From NCBI RefSeq assembly GCF_027921745.1, contig NC_079238.1, forward strand, positions 3,410,001 through 3,474,000: a DNA stretch of 64,000 nucleotides, given 5' to 3'. This DNA is from Schizosaccharomyces osmophilus. Taxonomy: Eukaryota. Position 1 is the stretch's first letter, and each line of letters opens with the position of its first letter. A program made the position numbers and the translations under genes. Shown here piece by piece: positions 40,745-53,100 of this stretch. The notes under the pieces are model-generated. The model made no database searches. It saw only the letters and a program-made list of their open reading frames with translations, and was not told the origin of the DNA.

Positions 40745-41095
40745 AAAAGTAAAACTAAAAAAATCAGTCAAAAGTTCGTTGGCGATCAGATATCCGTTCA
40801 AACACATTTTTCATGAGAACCTCAAAAAAGCAAGGAAGCTGTTGGGTTCCTTCATAGGTAAATAAATCATCACTTCGCCTAAAACGTAACATCTGAAGAT
40901 CTTTAGCAATCGAGAGAGATTGAAAACCAAGATCCGATAATTGTAACTACATAACATCTTTGTTTCGTTGAAATAGATTTCATTTTTCATCGACATAAGT
41001 CAACATTTTTACTAGCGAATTTCAAATCTCAAATATTTGAGGGAAAAAACAAGGTTTAATAGAACGTTTTAATGCCTCAGCTGTTACAGGTCAGG

Positions 41096-41852
41096 CTACT
41101 CTTTCACTGGTAGGGTAAGTTCATCCAAATCTTCAGGTATATCGCACGCCTGAAGAATTTGTGGAAGTTCAGCACCCATATCTTTGCAAAACGAGAGCAA
41201 AGAATGTGTTTGATCCGTCCATAGATTGGCAGCTTCAAGATACTGCATTGTCATTTTCTCTTGCAAAGCAATTGTTTCAGGATTGCAATGGTTTAAACTA
41301 GCAAGTTCAGACTGCAAGGATTGAAGCATCGACTCCTTTTGCGCCAACAATTGGGGTGTAAAAGTTTCATCTTGTTCATCTTCATTTTCGGATTTCCGTT
41401 TGGCAGTTTCAGTCTCAATGGATTCAGAGACTTGACGGATCTTTTCGCGATAGTCAGCTAGTTGCGTTTGAAGAGATTCAATCGTGGTTTCACGAGACCG
41501 TTTTGCCTCCGACGGAAACGACCAGTAATAGTTGCTCGTTCCAATTTTTTCAGACTTCACGAGGCCATCATCGACCAACGACTGCAATACGTCTTTTACT
41601 GTTTGAAGGACAATTTGCCGTTTCGAGCCCAATTTTTCGACTTCTTTCAATTGAAAAAAGTCTTTCTAAAATCATTCAGTGTCAATAATATACGTTTTCC
41701 TTACTTTCCAAACATTAGTCCATCAAAATACCGTTCTTTTTTTTATGTTTCTTTCTTGCACTATGTAGTCTTCATTTAGTACTTACGGATTCATGAAAGA
41801 TGGTTTCTAAACGCTTTCGCTTCTCTTCCAGTGAAAGTCCTTTGGGAGGCAT
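41096..41852 (-). CDS. mcp7: Meiotic recombination protein Mnd1 orthologue, one intron
   Basis: MPPKGLSLEEKRKRLETIFHES/KDFFQLKEVEKLGSK..VKDVLQSLVDDGLVKSEKIGTSNYYWSFPS..AANLWTD. Confidence 0.93.
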
Positions 41853-41939
41853 GTTTTGCTGTGGTGTTGTCAATATAGACGATGGAACGGATTGTTTATA
41901 CACGGCATCTCTGCCCTTACCATGAAATTACTCATTCCA

Positions 41940-41945
41940 ACGCGT
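41940..41945. promoter_or_regulatory. MCB element (ACGCGT) about 90 bp upstream of the mcp7 ATG
   Basis: Exact ACGCGT. MBF/Rep1-type sites are typical of early meiotic genes. Confidence 0.55.
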
Positions 41946-42217
41946 TCCCTACAATTATGCACTGCCTCCTACAGTATTACGAGCTGCGAAAATGCCAATT
42001 CCGTACTCTGAAAAACGTTTAAAACATATCATATTAAATTGCACAGTACAGTAAATGTAGTTTTGAAAATCTACATAACGGTATACAAGAATAGTATCAA
42101 AAGGACTCAGAGATATGGCTTTTGATTAAAAAAGCAAATTATAGTCAAGGGCGGTTGGAATCCAAATCAAGCAACCCCTTTTCAACCAAAACTTTTCTTT
42201 TTTGGGGGGTTTGTTTT

Positions 42218-42767
42218 GTAAACAAAGGCTTAGCTATGGAAATCTCGTTCGTTTCTTACGAAACCGCTCATGTTGTAAATTCTTTATTTTTTAAAACAAA
42301 ATGAAAACAAAACAGTTGATAGCTGCTTTCTCGAAAGGTTTTCTTGCTTATGACTTCGCAGCAATTTTTTTCCGTGAAATAACCGTACTTCCGAACGCCA
42401 TCAAGACTTTCCTTAGCAAATTCCTACACCAAGAATAAAATTAAAAATTAAAATAGAAAATTCATGGTTTTCCTGCGTACTGGTCGTTTTCTAAAAACAC
42501 AGTTTCTTTGTTTACATGGTTTGTTTACATTCCCATTCCCTATACGCGAGCTTAAGATTTTCAAGTGTTCTAGCCAATTAGGAGTGAATGGTTCGATTTC
42601 GCTTTCTATCAGAGTTGTCGATTCATAAGCTCAGCAAATCGAATGATTTTTGTTTACAAGACTTTTTTCTATTGGTTAATAAATTAGCGGTACAAAATAT
42701 GATTGGCTCCTAGCTCTTGTAGAGGTAACAGAGGGAACATGCACAGTCTGATCTTTCATGGTAAACA
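42218..42767. promoter_or_regulatory. mcp7/erg11 divergent promoter: five forkhead (GTAAACA) sites, two SRE-like 10-mers, three CCAAT boxes
   Basis: GTAAACA/TGTTTAC at 42218, 42509, 42522, 42651 and 42761; ATGGTTCGAT at 42588 and ATCGAATGAT at 42638; CCAAT/ATTGG at 42574, 42671 and 42702. Confidence 0.5.
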
Positions 42768-43169
42768 AATAGGTTACAACTACTTTCAGTCCTATATATT
42801 CCTTACCACTACCAATACCTAACTGAGGACTTTTGGGAGCACAACTGAATCAATCAAGTAAATAATATTTTTTACGTGTTTGGTTTGGAATTAAATTCTT
42901 CTTGATACGTCTTTAGAAGGAGAATCTGGTCATATTCATAGTGCCTGGATATACAATCCAATTGACGTTCGTTTTCATTGTTGTTTTATTTTTTTAGATT
43001 TGTTTTTTAGAACAATCATATTGCGTTGAGTTGAAGCTTGGATTTTCGTTTTTCTGACTCAACTTTGTTTCGTGTATATCTCAATACAACTTTTAGACCG
43101 TGATCCACCAATTTTCGAGTGGTAGAATCGCCCTTCAGCTTCTTTTCTTACCCCCCATAATTTTTCATT

Positions 43170-44663
43170 ATGGCTGTTTCTTTGCTACCTCTCGTATTGT
43201 CTGGTGTTTTGGCCTGGTATGTTGGTTATATACTGAATCAAATTACCAACCGTAATCCCAAGCGCCCACCCATTGTTTTCCATTGGATACCCTTCTTCGG
43301 TTCTGCTATCTCGTATGGTATTGATCCTTATGTCTTTTTCCACGAATGTCGCCAAAAGTATGGTGATGTCTTTAGTTTTGTTTGTATGGGAAGAAAAATG
43401 ACTGCTTACCTCGGTGTTAAGGGCAACGATTTCCTTTTCAACGGTAAGCTCGCCGACTTGAGCGCCGAAGAGGCTTATTCTCATTTAACTACCCCGGTTT
43501 TTGGTAAAGACGTCGTTTACGATGTACCCAACCATGTTCTCATGGAACACAAAAAGTTTATCAAATCCGGTCTTGGCTTTCCTCAATTCCGTTCCTATGT
43601 TCCTCTTATTCTTAACGAAATGAATGCTTTCCTTAATACTTCTCCTGAATTTGGTCCTGGTAAGGAAGGTGTAGCCGACTTGCTCAAAACTATGCCTGTT
43701 ATGACCATTTTCACTGCTTCTCGTACTTTGCAAGGTGCCGAAGTCCGTGAAGGATTTGACGCTGGTTTTGCCGATTTGTATCATGACCTCGATCAAGGTT
43801 TCAGCCCTATCAACTTTGTCTTCCCCTGGCTTCCTCTCCCTAGAAACAGACGTCGTGATAGAGCTCACAACATCATGCAACAAACTTATCTCAACATTAT
43901 CAAGCAGCGTCGCTCAAGCCCTGAAAACCCTGGAAGCGACATGATCTGGACATTAATGAACTCCAAGTACAGAGATGGTCGTCTTCTTAAGGAACACGAA
44001 ATTGCCGGTATAATGATTGCTCTACTTATGGCTGGTCAGCATACCTCTGCTGCTACAATCATGTGGGTCCTTACTTTACTTGGTAGCAAGCCAGAGGTTA
44101 TTGAAATGCTTTATGAGGAACAAAAACGTGTTTTGGGTGAAGGTGAAAACTTCCATGTTGACTTTGACAAGTATAAAGACTTGCCTTTGTTGAACTATGT
44201 TATCCGTGAAACTCTCCGTCTTCATCCTCCTATACACAGTATCATGCGTAAAGTGAAGCGCGATTTGCCTGTTCCTGATTCTAAGATGGTCATTCCTGCT
44301 GGTTCCCATTTGCTTGCCGCTCCGGGTTATTCGGCCACTCATGAAGATTTCTTCTCTCGTGCTAAGGAATTTTGCCCCGAACGTTGGGGTGAACGTCCTG
44401 ATGACGAAGAGAATGCTGAACAGATTGATTACGGATATGGTCTTGTTAGCAAAGGTGGCTCTTCTCCATATCTTCCGTTTGGCGCTGGTCGTCATCGTTG
44501 CATCGGTGAGCAATTTGCTTTTATGCATTTAACTACTATTATTTGCAAATTTGTTCACGACTACTCATGGACAACTGTTGGAAAGGTTCCCGATGTGGAC
44601 TACTCTTCCATGGTTGCCCTCCCCTTGGCTCCTGTTAAGATTGCCTGGAAGCGCCGTGATTAA
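43170..44663 (+). CDS. erg11: Sterol 14-alpha-demethylase CYP51
   Basis: AEEAYSHLTTPVFG, LMAGQHTS, ETLRLHPP and heme motif FGAGRHRCIGE. Confidence 0.98.
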   Translation: MAVSLLPLVLSGVLAWYVGYILNQITNRNPKRPPIVFHWIPFFGSAISYGIDPYVFFHECRQKYGDVFSFVCMGRKMTAYLGVKGNDFLFNGKLADLSAEEAYSHLTTPVFGKDVVYDVPNHVLMEHKKFIKSGLGFPQFRSYVPLILNEMNAFLNTSPEFGPGKEGVADLLKTMPVMTIFTASRTLQGAEVREGFDAGFADLYHDLDQGFSPINFVFPWLPLPRNRRRDRAHNIMQQTYLNIIKQRRSSPENPGSDMIWTLMNSKYRDGRLLKEHEIAGIMIALLMAGQHTSAATIMWVLTLLGSKPEVIEMLYEEQKRVLGEGENFHVDFDKYKDLPLLNYVIRETLRLHPPIHSIMRKVKRDLPVPDSKMVIPAGSHLLAAPGYSATHEDFFSRAKEFCPERWGERPDDEENAEQIDYGYGLVSKGGSSPYLPFGAGRHRCIGEQFAFMHLTTIICKFVHDYSWTTVGKVPDVDYSSMVALPLAPVKIAWKRRD

Positions 44664-45221
44664 TTTTTGGCGTTTGCTTTATCAACGAAAAAATGTCCTA
44701 GAGTCTAAGTATATTAGTTTTTTGCTGTTTAGGATGTTGATAATGTTTCTTTGTGTTGAACAAAAATTTATATTGATGAAGTGTTCTACGATGATGGATG
44801 CAATTGCATCGCGGATTACTTTCATGATGACAGTAAAAGAAACATGGAATTGTTTATGCAAACTGTTAAACGTTAACCCAAGGTCAACTCTCTTTACATA
44901 GAACCTTTAAGATTTATAAGCTACATTTTAATTGATTGAATATAGAGTGGTGAATTTTCATATTTTTCCGGTATGTAAAAATAATTAGAGAATATTTTGA
45001 TAATGTTTTTTTTTTTTTTTTTTTTTTTTTGGTATGTTTATTATGTTTATTCAATTTTCCTCTTTACCACTAAAAACAAAGTAAATATTGTAGTCATTGT
45101 TTTTCATTATTCGTTTACATATAAGCCTTTACGAAGTCTCGGTATTTGAGAGGTGGTCCACCATAGCTTTCAGAGTTCATTTGCCAACTCTCAACATTGG
45201 ATTCGACACTCCTAGCCTGCA

Positions 45222-47643
45222 ATGGCAGCAATATCAAGCTTTTCAAATGGTTTTTGGAGTAAAGATTATGCCACAGGTATCAACACGCTGTTTGAGCGAT
45301 TGAGTCTCGGTACACAAGAAAATGAACAAGGTAAGAACAGCATTTGGACAATTCGAGCGAAGAGTAACTAACCAATAAGTCAAATCATTAGTTAAACTAT
45401 ATAAACAAGCAAATGAAGATTTCGGAGAAAGATTACAAGAAATCACCAAAGAATGCATGAAGAATGGCAACAAAGAAGGAACAAACGAAGATTGCACATC
45501 GTCAAACAAAGCATTCGAGGGCTTACGAAGCGAAATTGAAACCCAAGGAAAACAGCATGTTAGAATTTCAAACGACCTTCAATCTTTGGTGTTGAGACCA
45601 CTTTCAAAGATGTCTGTTGACCATGTACAAAAATTGCAAACAAGCCAATACGTGTTGACAAACCATGTGAAAGATTATGAAAAAAAATACCATTACATGA
45701 AGAAGTCAAAGAGCACGTACTACAATAGATGTCGTGATGTAGAGGATCTTGAAGAAGAAGCCAAAAGAGAAGAAGAACAAGAAGGGTCGTCTGACCTCAA
45801 AACGTCCAATAATCAATATTCGAGTGGTTCTTCCGGTTTTTATGACAATTCCGAATCCTCAGGACAACTTGAACCCGTTCAACTTGGGTTTATGGAGTTC
45901 AAGCCTGATGAACTTCAGAAAGTCATGTCTCAAATATTGGAGGAACTTCCTCTTCAAGACAAACGAGTCCCTATCTTAGGAACGTATCAAAATACCTGCT
46001 CAGGAAATATCATTGTTTCCTGGCTCCAGGAAAACCTTCCGGTTCCCACATTAGTAGCCGCCGAAGCGTTTGGTCAGGATCTGATTGCTGAAGGATTTTT
46101 GCGTCAAATAGGTCAAATTGGCGTAGGTGGTACATTTGTCAACAGCACAAACTTTTACTACCAATGGAAGGAGAAAGCTTTTCAAATAGCCGGACTAGAC
46201 AGTCATGATGCTCTTGTTGAAAATGCTAAATCTTTACCTTTTCTCGGTGAATACCTTTCCGACTACATCCAATATAGAAAGCAATATGCGATGGAATCAC
46301 CTTTGCAGCGTGTGCAGAGAGAAGCTCTAGATACGAACACGTTGTACAGGGAAGCTGTTTATGATTTAGACAAATGCCGAACACTTTTAGAGGAAAATGT
46401 TGTTGATCACTTACAATTTTTACAAAAATGTGAAATTGAACGAGTACAATTTTTCAAGAATACCTTTATGGATATGTCCACGATAATATCCAATTTCTTA
46501 CCCTCAATGAAGTTGCTGGCCGACCAAATTATTGTGTATCAGGAAATCATTCAACCTGACAGTGATATCCGTTATATCCTTGAATCATCAGCCACTGGGC
46601 CTTTCTTGCCTCATGTCGAAGTTTACGAAGATTATTATAATGATATAAAGGATCAAGTCTTCGGTATTGACATGGAGTTCCTTTGCCATCGTGATAAAAA
46701 ACGTGTTCCTATAGTTGTTAGCACCATTCTTTCTTTCCTTGACCAATTGTATCCTACCCTTCCTTCGGATAAAGTTCGACAACAACTGTGGCTAGTCAAC
46801 TCTCCTTTATCTTCTATACATCAATTAAGAGAGGCTTTGAATCATGCCCCAAATATATCAAAAGATATTTTGGTACAATACTCTCCTACAGTCGTTGTGG
46901 GCACACTGAAGCTTTTTCTTTTAGAACTTCCAGATTCAATTATTCCTTCATCTGCTTTTGAGTTAATTCGTTCTATTTATGCCAACCATGGTAACGATGA
47001 AGTTTATCGGGTCCGTTTGTTACAAAATCTTCTTTCTCAACTTCGTAGAGTCAATTTGGCTACTTTGAGCGCTGTAATTACTCATTTGCATCGGTTAATT
47101 TCCTTAACGACTAAGGACACTAATTTTGTCGGTAACTTGGCTAACTCTCTCTGTATGTGTATTTCCAGACCAACATTCTGGAGTTTATCAATCCAACATG
47201 ATAAACATCCCTCACGATTTTTAGAAGATCTTTTGACTCACGGCCCTACGTTGTTTGAAGAATTGAGAAAACTAAGCGCAGCCAAGCGAGCTTCTGACCG
47301 AGGCCCTTCCACGCTTATTGCAAATGACAAGCAATCAGTATCTAGAAAAGCCTCAGTTTCTTCTTCTGCTTCTGCACCTACATCTGCACCATATGCTTCT
47401 CCCAGATCATCTTTAGACGAAGTTCGTCCTTCTGTCAGTGAAGCCGAATTTACAATGGATAATGTTCCTTCTACACTTATTCGTAGTTCTTATGCCTCGA
47501 ACGCAAGAAGGGGTAAAAGAAATGTCAGTCAAGCTTCGCAAGTCAGTGATGCTAGTGAACTTGACGAGCAAGAGTTTAAAGATCCGAGTACAGACGATAC
47601 CGAAAGAGGTGAAGTATGGCAGTCTTTCGGAAACCAAGAATAA
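45222..47643 (+). CDS. rga8: F-BAR/DEP/RhoGAP protein; intron 45331-45379
   Basis: Exon 1 MAAISSFSNGFWSKDYATG (FCH start), DEP-like AAEAFGQDLIAEGFLR, RhoGAP LKLFLLELPDSIIP. Confidence 0.87.
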
Positions 47644-47887
47644 AGCGTACCTTAAACGTTTTTCTAATTTACAGTAATTATTTTTTATCTGTTTCTTCTC
47701 ACTGGCTATCCAGCATTGCATTATTTACATTAACTTACGTTCATGAAAGTGGTAATATAAAAAACTTACAGCATCTAAATGCTTATTTGACGTTGGACGA
47801 ATATTTCCTTCTAGCATATGTTATTGTCTAAATAAATTAAGTTCTTCTCTTGGCATAAAATAAAGAATTGATAGTAAGGCGAGATTA

Positions 47888-49376
47888 TTAAAGGTCAAGG
47901 GACGTAAGTAATTGCTGACGATTCCACTTCCTTATCGTTTCCAAAAATTCGTGGAACTTATTTGTACCTTCCAAAAAAGAATCTAAATCATGAAAGCTCA
48001 AACCTAATCGATGATCTGTTACACGATTTTGATTATAATTGTAAGTGCGTAATTTTTCAGACCTAGAAGAAGAGGAAACCTGGTCTTTTCTTTTCGCTCT
48101 CTCTTCTTCCATTTCTTTTGTTTCTTTAATAGCAACCAGGCGGGAGTTCAAAACCATGAATGCTTTCTCTCTATTTTGATGTTGAGATCGAGAATCCTGC
48201 ATACTAACAGAAATGCCAGTTGGTATATGAGTCAAACGGACTGCTGATTCTGTTCGGTTTACATGCTGTCCTCCTGCGCCACGCGAACGCATCACTTCTA
48301 TTCTTATATCAGAAGGACTGTATAAGGAAGATGATTCTTCCTGAGGCATCTGTGGTAGAACAATCACAGAAGCAGTGCTAGTATGTACTCTTCCTTTCGT
48401 TTCAGTAGCGGGAGTTCTTTGGACGCGATGGACACCTCCTTCAAGCATCAACTGGCCATACGCGCCTTCACCATCAATTGAAAATATCATTTCCGAAACA
48501 CCTTCCGTTCCTTGTACTACGCTGCTCGAGATTACTTTTGTTTTCCAGTTTCTGTAACTAGCATATTTTGCATACAAATCTGCTAGTTCTTTTGCAAATA
48601 GCGCTGCCTCAGTACCTCCTACACCAGGGCGAATTTCTATAAGCGCTGAAGATTGGTGAGTAGGTGGTTGTGAAAGTAGAGAATTCTCTAATTTTTCAAC
48701 GGAGCTAGAGAGTAATGGCTGTAGACTGTTTGTTTCCGACTGGGCCAACAGCTTCAACTCTGGATCGGCTTCAGAGACTTCCATTGATCGCAATTCCTCT
48801 AGTTGCTTCTTTAGTTAACTTCTTTTGTCTTTTTTTGTGGTTCGGTCATTTCTTTTGCAACAACATTTTCCCCCTAGACAGCTTGTGAGAAGCTATGCTG
48901 AGGGGAGAATTCAATCTAAGCATACAAAAGTGATTATCTGTAAGTTACATACCTTGTAAACCGATTCATAGTTAGAGAAAGAGTTATGAATTTTCTGTAA
49001 CCTCACAAACCTCTTGGCCAGTTCTACATTATTGGCATTGATATATGCTTCCTATGAATTTGTTAGTTAAAATTACAAGAAGAATCATTCATGTCGGCAT
49101 TATGGGTCCCAGTTACTTGAAAGGCGACAAAGGCATAGCGTAATTCCAATCCACTAGCTTTCCATATGTCAACACCTTACGTACGTTTTCTGACCGATTA
49201 ACTTCAAGTCTTTTGTATTCATCCGATAAATTTCTTGCTTTATGTAATAATGTCGCCGAAAGCGAATGGTCGATGGATTCTGGTTTGCTTGCATAAAATC
49301 GAACTGGGAATAGGCAGGAGAGCCGAGTCTTAAAATATCCAAAACTTCTACATTTTATAATCATAGTTGAGAACAT
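47888..49376 (-). CDS. mrf1: Mitochondrial peptide chain release factor 1, with 5' introns
   Basis: IEIRPGVGGTEAALF, GVHRVQRTPATETKGRVHTST, GAGGQHVN and SEKLRTYNY; presequence-like N-terminus at 49376. Confidence 0.92.
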
Positions 49377-49653
49377 ATAGGCTATATGTTCCCATAATAA
49401 AATAAATCTTTACGCTTTGGAACTTGTTTCTATGGTGTTTAGAATATACTGCGGTACAAGGAGGGATTACAAGATTTTCTCAAGTTTACTTGTTATGATT
49501 ATGTACCGCATTCTTTTGATTCTTTTGGCTGTTACGGCCACAGGGCGAATCTCCATTAGAGAGTACATACCAAGCAAACTAGTCTGCGACTGTAATTATA
49601 CTTATGGTATTGAAAAACGTTGTGCTACCTACAGAAATTCATATCGAGGGACC

Positions 49654-49861
49654 TGTAGCTGAATGAAACTAGAGCAGTCAAACCCTTCAATTTAGAGATT
49701 GAGTAACTGCAAAGTTAGCATGTAGCTTTATCAAATATTTTTTATATAAGTTTCAGTAAATTATGTATCTAAATCCCGAGATTGTATGTTTGACACTGGA
49801 GTTTTTTGTTTCAAAGCTTTGTTTACAAATTATAATATCCTATTCTTTAGCATTATTGTAT
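49654..49861 (-). mobile_element. LTR-like repeat, copy A (probable solo or partial LTR)
   Basis: 49656-49861 is the reverse complement of 55949-56154 with 3 mismatches. The minus strand ends ..CAGCTACA, like an LTR terminus. It lies in the divergent mrf1/pld1 promoter. No TSD found. Confidence 0.7.
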
Positions 49862-50155
49862 CAGCAAAATATAAAAGGTATTATATCAACTAAACGTATA
49901 GTTATTTCTATAATACTATCAAGCCTCGTATCGTGATTTGAGGATTCAGTTTACGAAACAACGAATGTAGCAACAAGCCAACCGCATATAAGAAAATAGC
50001 AAGTTGATTCAGTGATTCCATCTGGCTGAATAGCTTCCACTCTCTTTTAATTAAAATTGGGTTTCTTAAGAAACCTGGATTTCTCTGCGAATCCATACTT
50101 CATTGTCAGTTTGTCTGAGACACATTAATGCAAAGAAAACCAATATTCAAAAGAG

Positions 50156-53100
50156 ATGCCCATCAATCAGGAAGTTTCTACACAAAACAATGATGGTAAT
50201 AATTTGAATAGTGATGACTTGAACTCCCAAGAAGTTGTAGTTGAACCGGAATCGCAAAATGAAAATAATGATCCAATAAATCAGAGGACAGGGGCTGAAT
50301 TACCTTCCTTACAGTCGAACTCTGCGGCTCCAGTGACTCAAGAAAAGACTCCGGCCCTCGCAAGAAATTTCTTAAACAAGTTACGGGCTGCCTCGTATCA
50401 TACTGCTTCAGATGCTCCTCAGAACCAAACAAACACTGGAACAAATGCAAATTTTGAAACTTTTTATGAAGCTTCACAAGATGTAGATCAGGAACAGCAG
50501 AATTCACAGCAACGATCGACTTTTTTAGCTCCCCCGAGAACAGATGTTGATGATTCAGCTAATCCTAACCGGGCTAAAAAGCTCGGGGCTCGAAAAATGT
50601 GGATGCAATTGATGGCATCTGTCCGAAAGTTGAAAAAAGAATCCGAAAAAGGCAACAAAGAGGCTCCTGACGTATCTGTTCCAGATATCTTTTTAGCCGG
50701 TGCACCGTCAACTTTATTGATTGCAAAGCATTTCATTCACGATCGTTCTAGCAATCATGTTTTACCAGTACTTACGGGTTACTTACATGTTTCAGTTGTT
50801 GATGTCGAGCCGAAACACAACCGGATCCAAAGTACAATTACTATGCAGGTGGAATATGGTTCTGGTCAAAATGCAATTCGCTGGAGGATTTATCGCCAAC
50901 TTCGTGATTTCATTAATCTGCATTCTCATTTCCTTGTATTTGAATTTCAACATCATTTCTATGGTAAGCGCATGAAGCTTCCCAAGTTTCCCAAAGAAGT
51001 ATTGCCTTACCTGGTAAAACTTCGAGGCTATAATAGGGCTACTTCTGGTAACCCAGACGATCCGCTCATTGACGAGACTCAAAGCTTATCCAGTTTGTCA
51101 ATAGAATCGCAATCCGCCGAGATTCTGCAACAAAACGAAAATCGAGGTCACAGTAATGTCAAGAAAAAAGTAGCGAACTTTTGGACTATCCAGGGTAACA
51201 CACTCGGAAAATATTTACAGGAAATGATTAACTGTCTTCAATTTTTTCCGGAGGTTAATGTTTTATACGCATTTCTGGAAATGAGTAATATGGGACTGCG
51301 TTTGGCCGGCTCGGGAAGATTCCATGGTAAAGAAGGTTACGCTACTGTGAGAAAAAATTATTCTGCCTCACAAAGTATACTTTGTTGCTCTGGACCTTCG
51401 GTCCGTTCCCGTTTACACCCCTTTTGGATCATTGTCTCTGAAAGCTCTATTATATTTTGCGATAGCATGTATTCTTTTGAACCTATGGACGTGTTCATTT
51501 GGGACGTTGATTTTGAAATCACTAGGAAAAAATTTAGAAAGTCTCACCCAAAAGATACACAAGAAAAAATTCGAGTTTCACATCACACCTTTAAAATAAA
51601 AAATAAACAAAAAGTTATTAAACTTTCTGTTCGCAGCGGCCGTTGGTTACAACAGTTTATTAATAGTGTTCAAGTTGCTCAAGGTTTGACTTCCTGGTGC
51701 GAGCTCCATCGTTTTGACAGTTATGCTCCTGTTAGAACAAATGTTGCTGTTCAGTGGATGGTGGATGCTCGTGATCACATGTGGAACGTTAGTCGGGCAT
51801 TTAAAAATGCTAAACATACAATTATGATACATGGATGGTGGCTAACACCAGAATTGCAAATGCGAAGACCATATAGCCTTGCCGATAAATGGCGAATTGA
51901 TCATTTACTTCAGGAAAAAGCTAGACAAGGTGTAAGGGTCTACATTATGGTTTACAGGAATATTGATGCTACCATTCCTATTGATTCATTTCATACAAAA
52001 AGTTATCTTCAATCATTACATCCAAACATTTTCGTCATTCGTTCACCATCTCATTTCCGGCAAAATGCACTTTTTTGGGCACATCATGAAAAGTTAGTGA
52101 TAGTAGATGATGCCATCGCTTTTATAGGTGGAATTGATCTTTGTTTTGGTCGGTTTGATACATCCCAGCACATCCTTTATGATGACAAATTGGTTAACCC
52201 TCCGGATAAGAATGTTTGTAATGAGCAATCTTGGAAAGGAAAAGATTATTCTAATCCACGTGTACATGACTTTTTCGATTTGACGCAGCCGCACAAAGAT
52301 ATGTATGATCGAACAGTGATACCCCGAATGGGTTGGCACGATGTCTCCATGTCAATTCTAGGACAACCTGCTAGGGATGCAGCCAGGCACTTCGTTCAGA
52401 GATGGAACTACTTGTTAGAGTGTAAAAGACCCGCTAGGAAGATCCCCACCTTAATTCCTCCAGTTGATTTCACGAATGAGCAGCTTATAGAAAAGCAACT
52501 GACCGGAACGTGTGAAGTTCAACTTTTAAGATCTGCTGGTCTGTGGTCGTTAGGTTTGGCGGATTCTGTCGAGCAGAGTATACACAATGCTTACGTTAAA
52601 TGCATTGAAAAAAGTGAACATTTTATTTACGTAGAAAATCAGTTCTTTATAACGTCTACTATTAGCGATGGTACTCTTATTGAAAATCGTGTTGGTGATG
52701 CTTTGGTTGAAAGGATCATTAGAGCATACAATAACAATGAGAGATGGAAAGGTGTGATAATAATTCCTTTACTTCCCGGGTTCCAGGGTCAGATCGATAT
52801 GCAAGAAGGAAGCAGCCTTCGCTTAATTGTGGATTGCCAATACAAAAGTATCTGCAGAGGAGAAAACTCAATATTTGGTCGACTTAAGGCAAGGGGGATT
52901 GATGGCACAAAGTACCTGAAGTTTTATGGCCTTCGAGGCTGGGCACACGTAGGGCCAGAGCATGAACTATCCACCGATCTTATATATGTGCATGCCAAAA
53001 TCATGATTGCTGATGATCGGGTTGCTGTCATTGGGTCCGCAAACATTAATGAACGTTCCCTTTTAGGAAATCGTGATTCCGAGATTGCCGGTATAGTCCG

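Noticed and set aside
45006..45030. Long homopolymer tracts (also ~13056, ~31860, ~38246, ~63774)
   Set aside because: Ordinary poly(dA:dT) tracts in introns, UTRs and promoters.
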